DNA from: an uncultured Spirochaetota bacterium
GTDB taxonomy: Bacteria; Spirochaetota; Brevinematia; Brevinematales; JAOACQ01
NCBI GenBank assembly: GCA_963835575.1
Contig: CAWIGG010000006.1
Location: 160,001-224,000 of the forward strand
DNA: 64,000 nucleotides
Direction of reading: 5' to 3'
Shown here: positions 18,966 to 28,827 of the stretch, piece after piece
Layout: each line of letters starts with the position of its first letter
How positions within the stretch are numbered: position 1 is the first letter of the stretch
Notes under the pieces: generated by a model
Database searches by the model: none
Seen by the model: the letters and a program-made list of their open reading frames with translations, nothing else
Told to the model about the DNA's origin: nothing
Made by a program: the position numbers and the translations under genes

Positions 18966-19571
18966 GGGCACCAAGAGCACTAAGAATCACCAACTGGGGA
19001 TTAACGCATCTTTCTTATTTTACAAAATATTTTAATTAAGTTCCTTTTTTATAATATCCGATTCGGCACACAGATGTACACAGATCAAAACGGATTTCAA
19101 AGGATATAGTTTTCATGGGAGCAGCCTTGAAGAATTTAACAACACCTGCGTGAATGGAGATGGTAAAAGGTAATGATGGGCTACGCCCGGAAAAACAAGA
19201 ATTATTAATGAAGAGTTCTATTATAGCATTATAAAAATTGTTTTGTGGATTCCAATATAGAATTAAACAGGATTGTCAGGGATTTAACAACCCCGCTGTA
19301 ACCAACCTTAATCCTTTGAAATCCTCACAAATCCTGCTGAATTGGGGTTAATTAATTTGCTTCAATGAAATAAAATAGGAATGCCGATTTGAAATACTAT
19401 GTTTACCGGACATAACCCATACCCTATTCGAGTTCCTTTACATGGATTAGCGGATTGTCCTGTCCATTTCCAGATATTAAATCCATCTGTGAAATCAGTG
19501 AAATCTGTGGTTCCACTCCGTTCCTCGTTCCCCGTTCGTGGCCCTTTGTGTCCTTGGTGCTCTTGGTGTTT
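18957..19571. repeat. Nested inverted 9-bp-periodic repeat arms
   Basis: Outer GCACCAAGAGCACTAAG / CTTGGTGCTCTTGGTG; middle CACAGATGTACACAGAT / ATCTGTGAAATCAGTGAAATCTGTG; inner AAACAGGATTGTCAGGGAT / ATCCTCACAAATCCTGCTGAATTGGGGT. Confidence 0.7.
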
Positions 19572-19576
19572 AAAAG

Positions 19577-19610
19577 AAAAGAGCGGCTCATCAAAAGCCG
19601 CTCTCTTTTC
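19577..19610. terminator. Probable bidirectional rho-independent terminator downstream of fliY
   Basis: AAAAGAGCGGCT-loop-AGCCGCTCTCTTTT. Confidence 0.7.
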
Positions 19611-19624
19611 TCTATTAAATTCTT

Positions 19625-20704
19625 TTAGAATTTCGATTCGTTGGAGCTTTCGAATATCCTTTCCATCGGGGTGACGATCTTGGTCACGCGGACGGCAAAG
19701 TTTTCGTCAATGACCACGACTTCACCCTGGGCTATCAGCTTGTCGTTCACAAGGATATCCACCGGCTCGCCTGCCAGTTTATCAAGCTCGATGATGGAAC
19801 CCTCGCCCAGGCCCAGTATTTCCTTGATGGTCATTTTTGTACGCCCGAGCTCAACAGTGACGCGCATCGGAACATCAAGCAGAAGGGCGATATTGCCCAT
19901 GGCTTCTGAAGCCACGCCGACCTGCAGGGGCTCAAAGCCGACTGTCCTGATCGGTATGCCTGTCTGAGGCTGCTGTACTCCGCCGCCGAACTGTGTCGCC
20001 ATGCTTGCCTTGGTTACGGAATAAGCGCCGGCTATGCTTCTGGCCATCGGCAGCGCGAGGAATACGTAAAACTTGGAGTTTCCTTTATTCTGAAGGCTGA
20101 ATACATAATTCAGCCGGACAAAATACTGGCCGCCTGACGGCGTAATTCCGGAAGCGTCCTGAAGCAGTTCAAGGTTCGGGGCCCCGGGAGTTATCGACTT
20201 GCTCAGTCTTTCAGACAGAATATTGACCAGAGCTCCTGTTGTCTGTGAAATAACTTCGCCGAAAGTGTTTTTTACAAGGTCTGTTATTTCATTATTATCT
20301 TCCTGGCCGATGAGTATATTGGTAATCGTCAGCACGCTTTTTTCCGGGACGACATAAACCAGTTCGCCCGTTACGCCGCCGGTCAGGCTGACTTTGGCCT
20401 GTATCAATCTGCCTTTTATGTCCTTCTTTAAATTATCCAGCTGTCCCGCGTCGATAAACGGCGATGAAAAAGCCGCGTTGATCCCGGTCAATGTTGAAAT
20501 GGCCGTGGCCTGGGCCTGGCCGATTTCCCTCAAAAGCTCGCCCAGATTCGCCTTGTCATTATCGGAAAGAGCATCCGCGGCAACCGATTTCCCGCCTGCA
20601 AAACCTCCCCCGCCGGGAGTGTTGCCCAGATTCTCCGTCATCATTTCATCCGTGCCCTGCAATAATGCATCTATTTCATCTTGGGAAAGAGTGCCGTCAC
20701 TCAT
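19625..20704 (-). CDS. fliY: Flagellar motor switch protein FliY (CheC-like plus FliN domains)
   Basis: LSQDEIDALL N-terminus, middle CheC-like region, LLLDVPMRVTVELGRT...GEVVVIDENF FliN domain. Confidence 0.92.
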   Translation of the reverse strand: MSDGTLSQDEIDALLQGTDEMMTENLGNTPGGGGFAGGKSVAADALSDNDKANLGELLREIGQAQATAISTLTGINAAFSSPFIDAGQLDNLKKDIKGRLIQAKVSLTGGVTGELVYVVPEKSVLTITNILIGQEDNNEITDLVKNTFGEVISQTTGALVNILSERLSKSITPGAPNLELLQDASGITPSGGQYFVRLNYVFSLQNKGNSKFYVFLALPMARSIAGAYSVTKASMATQFGGGVQQPQTGIPIRTVGFEPLQVGVASEAMGNIALLLDVPMRVTVELGRTKMTIKEILGLGEGSIIELDKLAGEPVDILVNDKLIAQGEVVVIDENFAVRVTKIVTPMERIFESSNESKF

Positions 20705-20737
20705 ATGCTTCCTCCTTTACGAGAATAACCATTTTAA

Positions 20738-20764
20738 ATATCGGTAAATTCTAATTTATTTTTA
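20738..20764 (-). promoter_or_regulatory. Sigma28 (FliA/SigD)-type promoter of fliY
   Basis: TAAA-N15-ACCGATAT. Confidence 0.7.
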
Positions 20765-20836
20765 TAAATACAAGTGTTTTTTTTATTCCAAAAACCCTGG
20801 TTTTCGGAATTGTTAATGTTGTTCTGATTTTTGCTG

Positions 20837-20889
20837 TCCCTCACCATTTTGTAAGACAGTATCGGTGAAGCTCACAAAATGGTGAGGGA
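20837..20889. repeat. 16-bp perfect inverted repeat between fliM and fliY
   Basis: TCCCTCACCATTTTGT...ACAAAATGGTGAGGGA. Confidence 0.7.
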
Positions 20890-20918
20890 TAGCGCCATTT
20901 CACTTAACCAAAAAGTCT

Positions 20919-21970
20919 TTAATCTTCTTCCCTCATCAGGATGTCCTGCAGCATATCCTCGGTAATTGTCGTGAGGACTTCCCTGACCTGGACAGCCCTT
21001 TTCTTGCTGACAACACCGGGTTTGCCCTTGAATTTTACACTATCGCCGATAAGGACTTCCACATCCATCTTCGTCGAATCTTTCAGCCGTATAACATCGC
21101 CGGTATGTATGGCGGCGATCTCATTGAAATTCAATACCGTTTCGCTGAGCTTCACGATCACCTCAACCTGTACATCGGAAATCTGGTCCTTGATCAGGGA
21201 AAGATTTTCCGTTGTGATGCCTTTTCTGATGCTGGAATACCAGTATTGGGCCGACAGCTTGGAAATAATCGGTTCTATGGTGATGTAAGGGATACAAAAA
21301 TTCATCATACCTTCGACATCGCCGATCTTCGTGTCGAAAGTTGTCAGCACGACCATGCTGTTGGGCGGTACAATCCCGGCAAACTGCGGGTTGGTTTCGA
21401 TATTTCCCAGCCTGGGGCGCAGGTCAATCACATTGGCCCAGGATTCCCTGAGATTACCGAGAAGCCTGACGATAATTCCTTCTATAACTGAAAGTTCTAT
21501 ATCGGTCAATTCGCGGTTGGTTTTGAGGGATTCCCCCTTCCTCCGAACAGCCGGTCAATGATGGCAAAGGTAATACTGGGGTCCAGTTCCGCCACAGAGC
21601 TGCCCTTTAAAGGGTCCATGTTGATGATTCCCAGCGTTGTGGGCGAAGGAATGGAGCGGGTAAATTCCTCATACGTCAACTGGTCAACGGAAACGACATG
21701 CACATGCACGAGCGTCCGGAGCTGGGCTGAAAGCGAAGTTGTCGTCAAACGGGCAAAGGTTTCATGCATCATCTGCAGAGTTCGGATCTGGTCTTTTGAG
21801 AATTTGTCCGGACGGCGGAAATCATAGACTTTAAGCCTTTTCTTTTCCCTCTTTGGCCCGGACTGCGTAGTTCTTGCCGTGCCGTGCGAAGGCTCCGAGG
21901 GAATGCTCTCGCCGCTTGATACTGCTGTTAATAATGCATCTATTTCATCCTGGGACAGGATTTCTGTCAT
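20919..21970 (-). CDS. fliM: Flagellar motor switch protein FliM, frameshift near 21535
   Basis: LSQDEIDALL, YDFRRPDKFSKDQIRTL, IIDRLFGG, then RELTDIE...IETNPQF in a second frame. Confidence 0.93.
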
Positions 21971-21983
21971 ACAGAAATTCTCC

Positions 21984-22523
21984 TTATGAAATTACAAATT
22001 CGTCATAATAAATATCGCTGATCTCTCCGCTGGTTAAAACATTATTGATATTCTTTTTTATCTCATCCTTGAGCCTTTCCTTTTCGGACTGAGTGTCGAT
22101 GTCCTGTTTTTCCTTTGAGTTTAAAATCTGAAGAACAATATCCCTGATCTGCTGGGTCCTTTCGACTAATTCCGTGGCCAGCTTTTTATTCTGTCCGTCA
22201 TAACCGAGGCTGAGCTTAACGCGCATAAAATGAGGCTCGTCCACGTCCGCAGTATTGACCCTGAAATCGTCCAGCGGAAATATCATAAGAGGGGCCGGCT
22301 TGGGGGCCAGCTGGACTGTTTTGTATATTTCCTCGCTTTTCTTGGATTGAGTTGTCCTGATCAATACATAGGCAATGATCGTGGATATAACAACGGCTAT
22401 AATCACGGGAATAAGATTCGACAGAAGCCATTCTATTAATTTGCCGATAGAGAAACCCGCTTTGGGCTGCTGCTCTTGCGGTTGCTCCTCTGTTTCAACC
22501 TGGACTTCTTCTGGTTCACCCAT
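21984..22523 (-). CDS. fliL: Flagellar basal body-associated protein FliL
   Basis: Single N-terminal TM, FRVNTAD, QIRD, upstream of fliM. Confidence 0.9.
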   Translation of the reverse strand: MGEPEEVQVETEEQPQEQQPKAGFSIGKLIEWLLSNLIPVIIAVVISTIIAYVLIRTTQSKKSEEIYKTVQLAPKPAPLMIFPLDDFRVNTADVDEPHFMRVKLSLGYDGQNKKLATELVERTQQIRDIVLQILNSKEKQDIDTQSEKERLKDEIKKNINNVLTSGEISDIYYDEFVIS

Positions 22524-22591
22524 ATGCGGCTCCTTACTTAATATTTTTACGGGCTTTTGAATAGTCTCATATAATTCTGCCCTTGGTATAA

Positions 22592-22618
22592 ATATCGGAA
22601 TTGTAATATTCTACTTGA
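22592..22618 (-). promoter_or_regulatory. Sigma28-type promoter of fliL-fliM
   Basis: TCAA-N15-TCCGATAT. Confidence 0.65.
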
Positions 22619-22741
22619 TTTATTTATTCAATTTTTTATAATTTTAATCATAAACATGCAAAAAAGCAATAATAATTTCCCTAAATTTATAGGATTCCTT
22701 GTTATTAAAAACATATTTATCCATGTTCAATTCTTTTTATT

Positions 22742-23197
22742 AAACACCAAGACACTAAGGGCACCAAGATTCACGAACGGAATTAACTGGAAGGCGGGAA
22801 AAATGGTTGGGGAATTTTGTCATTATTTATTAATATACTCTTTTAATAAATTTATTATACGTTTTTAATTTGATTTTCAAACTTAAAAATCACAAATTCA
22901 ATTCAATTTTATCTTTTAGTCTATTATACTGCGCCATTTCACTCATCTGCAAATTTTAATATTGAAAATATAATTCTGAAAAACCTGTAAATCCAGTTTA
23001 ATTGGGGTCTATACATTAGTCTTTTTAAAAAACAATAAATTATCTTTTCCTAAATCCTCTGTTCGCCCAAGAGTAGCCCAAACTTAACTTCGTTCCTTCT
23101 TCGTGCCTTCACGCCTTTATGTTAATTCCCTCATTCGCGTGTATTCGCGGGCAACCTCGTTGGTGGTTCTTAGTGTCCTTTGTATCTTGGTGGTGAA
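22742..23197. repeat. Inverted 9-bp-periodic arms enclosing further periodic arms
   Basis: ACACCAAGACACTAAGGGCACCAAG / CTTAGTGTCCTTTGTATCTTGGTGG; inner CTTCGTG, ATTCGCGTG and ATCC..AATTGGGGTC arms. Confidence 0.65.
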
Positions 23198-23207
23198 CTC
23201 AAAAGAA

Positions 23208-24221
23208 TTAAAGAATAATCACTTCCTTTTCCGGCACGATCCCATGCTTTTCATGGATTTTTTCTGACAAAGTTTCGATCAGGTAAATAATATCGGCAGC
23301 TTTGGCCTTTCTATAATTAATGATCATATTCCCATGATAAGGCGAGACCATGGCGCCGCCGTGTGAAAGTCCTTTAAGGCCCAGCTCTTCTATAATCTTA
23401 CCCGTCGGCGCTCCCAGGGCGCGGTTATTTTTAAACACCGATCCGCAGGAAGGATATTCAAAATGTTTTTTGCCGTTTCTGTCCCTTTCAATTTCATCAA
23501 AAGACTTTGAATCGAGTTTGGCCGGGACGCGGCGGGATTCTTTATGAAAAAAAGAATAGAACTGTTTCAGCGATGAGAGGGAGCCGGCGGCCTTTTTAAT
23601 TTTATTAAAAGCCGTTTGAATATCATTGAATGTTTTTCCGCTTATTTCCGGGGCCTCAATTTCAGCTCCCAGGATGGCCCAGTTTTTCTCCTGAAAGACG
23701 GATTTTTTATAATCAAAACAGCAGGCCTCAGGGGAAATCGTCCGGATGGAATGAGAGCTTTCATTCAGATCGGTATAATAGACCTGCGCTGCTATTTGCG
23801 AAATCTCTTTTTCATAGCAACGCGCGTTCATATAAATACCGGCCCCGACAGTGCCGGGCAGGAGGTGGGTAAAACCGAGGCCTTCCCTCCTTAAATAGGC
23901 GCCGCATAGCGCAAGAAAAGAAAGGGGAACACCGGATGAAAAAAACAGCCTGCCGTTTTTATACCCCATTTCAAGGAGGTTTTTTAAAGAAATAAACAGA
24001 AATCCCTTTTGAGGTCTGTCCGGGAAGAGAATATTCGCCCCGAGCCCGAAGAGAAAATAGGGGAGGGAATTTTTACGGGCATAATCAAACAAAAAAAAGA
24101 GATCATCAATGGAGGACGGCGCGGCGAAATAATCCGCTTCTCCGCCGATGGCATATGAGGAATGACCGGCGAGCAGGACTTTCCGGCGTGTTAATTTTTC
24201 AAATGAATTATTTGTCTTCAC
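23208..24221 (-). CDS. murB: UDP-N-acetylenolpyruvoylglucosamine reductase
   Basis: IGGEAD, GLGANIL, LPGTVGAGIYMNA, PSCGSVFKN, VSPYHGN. Confidence 0.9.
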   Translation of the reverse strand: MKTNNSFEKLTRRKVLLAGHSSYAIGGEADYFAAPSSIDDLFFLFDYARKNSLPYFLFGLGANILFPDRPQKGFLFISLKNLLEMGYKNGRLFFSSGVPLSFLALCGAYLRREGLGFTHLLPGTVGAGIYMNARCYEKEISQIAAQVYYTDLNESSHSIRTISPEACCFDYKKSVFQEKNWAILGAEIEAPEISGKTFNDIQTAFNKIKKAAGSLSSLKQFYSFFHKESRRVPAKLDSKSFDEIERDRNGKKHFEYPSCGSVFKNNRALGAPTGKIIEELGLKGLSHGGAMVSPYHGNMIINYRKAKAADIIYLIETLSEKIHEKHGIVPEKEVIIL

Positions 24222-24362
24222 GAATAACCCCGCTGTTCAATCATAGCATAAATTTAGCGCCCTGTCCATAACTGATGCCGCCGGCTTACTCACCCCGCTA
24301 TATTTGACTCCCATAGTGGCTGAAGTTATAATTTAACTCATTAATTAAAAAAGGGGCGCGCC

Positions 24363-25442
24363 ATGAGACTGGGAACATTTAATTTCAATAATCTCTTCGA
24401 AAGGGCGAAGGTTTTTCAGCTCGAGAATTTCTCTTCCAGGGCTTCTGCCATCCTGAATGACGCCAATCAGCTCAGTCAGCTTCTGGAAAAAGATGTCTAT
24501 GAAGGGAATGACAAAAATAAGATAGAAAGCCTGCTCGCCAAATATCTTCTGGATAAAAAGAACAAGGGCTGGTTCAGCATCAATGTTGTCAAAGGCAAGC
24601 TTTATACGGTAAAACGCGATAAAAGCGGCGTCACCCTTGCCGCCAGGGGGCGGAATGACTGGCTGGGCTGGGTTGAGCTGGAAAAAGAGCCGGTCGAGGA
24701 AATTTCCATCGAGAATACGGGCAAAGTCGTTCAGGCTGTCAATGCCGATATCCTCTGCTCAGTCGAAGTGGAATCAAGGCCGACGCTCTGCCGGTTTAAC
24801 GACATGATCCTGAAAAAATTATCAATGCCCTATGCTCATGTGATGGTAATAGACGGGAACAACAGCCGCGGCATCGATGTCGGGATACTTTCAAAACATG
24901 AAATTATTTCCATGATAAGCCATGTGGATGACAGGGACGAAAAAGGGAATAAGATATTCAGCAGGGACTGCGCCGAGTATGAGATTGCCCTGCCGGGCGG
25001 TAAAAAGATCCGGCTTCTCTTTAATCATTTAAAAAGCCAGGGGTACGGCACTCAGGAGGCGAATGATGCGAAGAGGGCAGAACAGGCCGCCAGGGTTGCC
25101 GGAATCCTCAGTAAATATGATTTAAAGAATGAAAACATCGCTGTCGCCGGCGATTTTAACGATACGCCGGACAGTCCGGCTTTAAAGGGCCTGCTCTCAT
25201 ATCCCCATTTGAGGGATGTCTTGAATTCACCGAAATACAGTGGGGAAAAATGGACATACATGGAAGGGAAAGCACAGATCGATTACATCCTTTTATCCGA
25301 TCCTCTTTTTGAAAAGATCCAGGCCGCCGGTATAGAGCGCCGCGGCATCTTTAAGAAAGGCAATACCTCTTTCCCGACTGTGAAGGACGCCGTCAGCCAG
25401 GCTTCAGACCACGCGGCCGTCTGGGTTGACATTCAAATATAA
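24363..25442 (+). CDS. Endonuclease/exonuclease/phosphatase family protein
   Basis: TFNFNNLF, GDFND, IDYILLS, SDHAAV. Confidence 0.9.
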   Translation: MRLGTFNFNNLFERAKVFQLENFSSRASAILNDANQLSQLLEKDVYEGNDKNKIESLLAKYLLDKKNKGWFSINVVKGKLYTVKRDKSGVTLAARGRNDWLGWVELEKEPVEEISIENTGKVVQAVNADILCSVEVESRPTLCRFNDMILKKLSMPYAHVMVIDGNNSRGIDVGILSKHEIISMISHVDDRDEKGNKIFSRDCAEYEIALPGGKKIRLLFNHLKSQGYGTQEANDAKRAEQAARVAGILSKYDLKNENIAVAGDFNDTPDSPALKGLLSYPHLRDVLNSPKYSGEKWTYMEGKAQIDYILLSDPLFEKIQAAGIERRGIFKKGNTSFPTVKDAVSQASDHAAVWVDIQI

Positions 25443-25510
25443 CATGTTTATATTATTTGTGGTTTTATAATTACTTTTCGGACAACGATCGATAGTGATG
25501 CGGTCAAAAT

Positions 25511-25700
25511 TTCACCACGAAGATCGCGAAGAGCACGAAGAAAATAAATAGGTGGGTTTAATTTTGTTATTGATAGTTCATTTTTTAATTTTAATAATTT
25601 AACCTTAAATAAACTTCGTGTTCTTCGTGAACAGAGTTTATCCTGACCCCTCTCCACTTTGCCGGGCTCATTAAAGAAACTGGCAAAGTGGAGAGGGGTG
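25511..25700. repeat. Periodic CACGAAG/CTTCGTG inverted arms plus a CCCCTCTCC...GGAGAGGGG hairpin
   Basis: CACGAAGATCGCGAAGAGCACGAAG / CTTCGTGTTCTTCGTG; ACCCCTCTCCACTTTGCC / GGCAAAGTGGAGAGGGGT perfect stem. Confidence 0.7.
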
Positions 25701-25792
25701 AATGGGTGGTTAATAAAATATTTACACACGGTATGTAAGTGTGTTGAATTGTTAGATTAGTAAAAGACCTTAAAAAACAGGAGCCGTTTAAA

Positions 25793-26692
25793 ATGAAAAA
25801 TATCGGAATTTTGCTTTTAATTTTATTAATCCCGGTCCTTTCTTGCACAGATAAAAAATCGGCCGGAACGAAGAACCCTTCCGGCAGGCTTATTGTCACA
25901 TCCGTTTATCCGCTTTATATCTTTACTTTAAATATAGCCGGAAATATCCCGGATGTTCAGGTGGTCAATCTGGTAAACCCATCGGCCGGCGAGGTCCATG
26001 ATATGCAGTTGACGCCGGAACAGATGGAACTGCTGGAAAAAGCGTCGGTCTTTATCATGCAGGGGGCCGGACTGGAATCCTATATCGGCAAAGTAACGGC
26101 CGATTTGAAAAGGTCAAAACCCAGATTAAAAATAATACTGGCCGGCGATGGAATACCTCTCATTACAGATCCGGTTAGCGGCGAACCCAATCCCCACCTC
26201 TGGGTCAGCCCGGCGGAAGCTGTTCTGGAAGTAAAAAATATAGCGGAAGGGCTTTCCGCCGCTGACGCCGCGCATTCAAACCTTTATCTCTCAAATGCCG
26301 TCAATTATGTCAAAAAGCTCGAAATCTTACGGAAAAAAATGCAGGCTGCCATTAAAAAATCAAAATACAGGGACATTATTACTTTTCATGACGCTTTTCC
26401 CTATTTTGCCCGCGATTTCAGCCTGAGGATCGCGGCGTCCATAGAAAGAGTTCCCGGGACAGAACCCAGCGCCTCCGATCTGGCTGAAGCGGTCAGGCTG
26501 ATCAGGAATAAAAATATCAAAGCGTTGTTCGCGGAGCCGCAGTACCCTCCGAAAGCCGGGGAGATCATCGCGCATGAAACCGGCTTAAAGCTCTATTACC
26601 TGGACCCGGGCGAGACCGGGCCGATGCGGGAAACGGCCTATGAGGAAATCATGGAAAGCAACTTGAATGTTCTCAAGGAAGCTCTGAAATGA
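25793..26692 (+). CDS. Zn/Mn ABC transporter substrate-binding lipoprotein (ZnuA-like)
   Basis: Lipobox LSC, EVHD, PNPHLW, FHDAFPYF. Confidence 0.9.
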   Translation: MKNIGILLLILLIPVLSCTDKKSAGTKNPSGRLIVTSVYPLYIFTLNIAGNIPDVQVVNLVNPSAGEVHDMQLTPEQMELLEKASVFIMQGAGLESYIGKVTADLKRSKPRLKIILAGDGIPLITDPVSGEPNPHLWVSPAEAVLEVKNIAEGLSAADAAHSNLYLSNAVNYVKKLEILRKKMQAAIKKSKYRDIITFHDAFPYFARDFSLRIAASIERVPGTEPSASDLAEAVRLIRNKNIKALFAEPQYPPKAGEIIAHETGLKLYYLDPGETGPMRETAYEEIMESNLNVLKEALK

Positions 26693-27501
26693 AAGTTAAA
26701 GAAAAACGCGGCAATATAAAAGACCTGCCGAAGGCCTGCGGGCTTTGCTGTACGAAGGTGGAGAATTTTTCCGTATTTCAGGACCGGAATGAAATATTAA
26801 AAGACATCAATCTCCATATCCACTGCGGCGCTTTGACGGCCGTCATAGGTCCCAACGGCGCCGGGAAAACGACTTTCCTTAAAGCCATCCTGGGCGAAGT
26901 CAAACATTCCGGGAACCTGAAATTTGAGGACCACAAAGGCCTGCATTCGAACAGGCCTGTCATAGGTTATGTCCCGCAGAATCTCCATTTTGAAGCCTCA
27001 TCGCCCGTAAGCGTCCTCGATTTTTACCGGGCGGCAAAATACAAAACCTCCGTCTGGCTGCCGCCTTCAGCGAAAACAAAAGAGGAAGTTCAGGATAGCC
27101 TGATGCGGGTCAAGGCGGAGCATCTGATCGGTAAGAAAATGGGGAACCTGTCCGGCGGCGAGCTTCAGCGCGTCCTTCTGGCCCTGGCGCTCGATCCCGT
27201 ACCGGACCTTCTTCTGCTGGATGAACCGCTGTCCGGCATTGACGAGGCGGGAATCGTTCTTTTTTACGACCTTGTATCGGAGATCAGGAAAAATTTCGAT
27301 CTTTCCATTATACTGGTATCCCATGACCTCAATCTGGTTCATCAATACGCGGACAAAGTGATTTTTATGAATAAAACGGTTATCGCTTCCGGCAGTCCCG
27401 AGGATGTGTTTAACAATCCTCAGTTTATCAGCGCGTTCGGGAAGCCATGGATAAAAAGAGCGCAGCCGGTTAATAATGCTGAAATGCCTGAGGAGAAATA
27501 A
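26689..27501 (+). CDS. Zn/Mn ABC transporter ATPase (ZnuC-like)
   Basis: GPNGAGKT, GYVPQ, LSGGELQR, LLLDEP. Confidence 0.92.
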   Translation: MKVKEKRGNIKDLPKACGLCCTKVENFSVFQDRNEILKDINLHIHCGALTAVIGPNGAGKTTFLKAILGEVKHSGNLKFEDHKGLHSNRPVIGYVPQNLHFEASSPVSVLDFYRAAKYKTSVWLPPSAKTKEEVQDSLMRVKAEHLIGKKMGNLSGGELQRVLLALALDPVPDLLLLDEPLSGIDEAGIVLFYDLVSEIRKNFDLSIILVSHDLNLVHQYADKVIFMNKTVIASGSPEDVFNNPQFISAFGKPWIKRAQPVNNAEMPEEK

Positions 27502-28349
27502 TGGACTGGATTTATCATTTTTTAGACAGGGCCCTTCCTTTTGACTGGGCCAGTCTTCAATTCATGAAGAACGCCTTTCTGGCGGTTCTTTTTGTCGCGC
27601 CGACATTCGGCCTTCTCGGCACGGCCATTGTTTCAGGTAAACTGGCCTTTTTTTCGGACGCGCTGGGCCATTCGATCCTGACGGGCATAGCGCTTGGCAT
27701 TATCTTCGGCCTGCGCGACCCTGTACTTTCCATCATCGGCTTCTCAGTCTTCTTTGCCTTTACGGTACTTTTTGTGAAAAACAGGATGAAGGATACCGCC
27801 GACACGGTCATCAGCGTCTTTTCCTCAACCGCCGCCGCCCTGGGCATTGTCTTATTATCACGTACCGGCAGCTTTGCCAGGTATACTTCGTATCTGATCG
27901 GCGATTTCCTGAGCATCCGGCCGGTGGAAATTCTCTACCTTATTATTATATTGATCGGCTGTATTGTTGTCTGGAGTTTCTCATACAATTCCCTGTTGAT
28001 GGCCAATATCAGCCCGTCCCTCGCCCGGAGCAGGAAAATCCCTTTAAAGCTTCCTGAAATAATATTCACGGCCCTGCTCGCGCTGGTAGTTGCCCTTTCA
28101 ATACAGTGGGTCGGACTACTTGTCATCAACGCGCTTCTTGTCCTGCCGGCCGCCGCCGCCCGTAATTTTTCCAGGAACATTTTGGAATACCATCTCTTTT
28201 CCATAATCATTTCCGTCATATCCGGCATTACAGGCCTCATTCTTTCCTATTATATCCACTCGGCGGCCACAGGGGCGACGATCGTGCTTGTCAGCTTCGC
28301 TTTTTTTGCCCTGTCGTTTGTGTTCAAATGGGCGCGCTTCCGTCAATAA
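27501..28349 (+). CDS. Zn/Mn ABC transporter permease (ZnuB-like)
   Basis: FFSDALGH, LVLPAAAA, multiple TM helices. Confidence 0.9.
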   Translation: MDWIYHFLDRALPFDWASLQFMKNAFLAVLFVAPTFGLLGTAIVSGKLAFFSDALGHSILTGIALGIIFGLRDPVLSIIGFSVFFAFTVLFVKNRMKDTADTVISVFSSTAAALGIVLLSRTGSFARYTSYLIGDFLSIRPVEILYLIIILIGCIVVWSFSYNSLLMANISPSLARSRKIPLKLPEIIFTALLALVVALSIQWVGLLVINALLVLPAAAARNFSRNILEYHLFSIIISVISGITGLILSYYIHSAATGATIVLVSFAFFALSFVFKWARFRQ

Positions 28350-28390
28350 ATAATTATTGGAATGATAAATAATTCAAAAGGAGGCTGGAT

Positions 28391-28822
28391 ATGCTCAATT
28401 CCCTTTATGATTTTTTCGCTTCTATCGGTTTCAAGGAACCTCTCCATCCGCCCATCACGCACATGCCGATCGGCCTTGTTTTCGGCGCGCTGGTCTTTTT
28501 TATTATCGCTATAATATACAAGAAGAAAGACCTTGAACTGACGGCGCGTCATTCTTCCATCCTGGCTCTGGTGATGGTTTTTCCCACGATCATTCTGGGT
28601 GTGATGGACTGGCTGCATTTTTATAACGGCCAGATGATCCTGCCGATCAAATTCAAAATAGCGCTGGCCGCTTTTGTCATTATTATTCTGATTCTGGGCA
28701 TCAAGTTCGGTAATAAAGTAAAGCTTAAAACCCTTACCATGACCATTGTCTATGTTCTTGCCTTCCTGGCCGTTGTCGGCCTCGGGTATTTCGGCGCGGG
28801 TATTATATACGGGAGATATTAG
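28391..28822 (+). CDS. DUF2231-like membrane protein
   Basis: PLHPPITHMPIG, GYFGA..YG, four TM helices. Confidence 0.75.
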   Translation: MLNSLYDFFASIGFKEPLHPPITHMPIGLVFGALVFFIIAIIYKKKDLELTARHSSILALVMVFPTIILGVMDWLHFYNGQMILPIKFKIALAAFVIIILILGIKFGNKVKLKTLTMTIVYVLAFLAVVGLGYFGAGIIYGRY

Positions 28823-28827
28823 AGTGA

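Noticed and set aside
18957..19571. CRISPR array
   Set aside because: Repeats are short, imperfect, 9-bp periodic and inverted; there is no constant repeat with unique spacers and no cas gene in the window.
21500..21545. Programmed frameshift or phase variation in fliM
   Set aside because: The run is only five C, and similar indels hit five unrelated genes, so sequencing error is more parsimonious.
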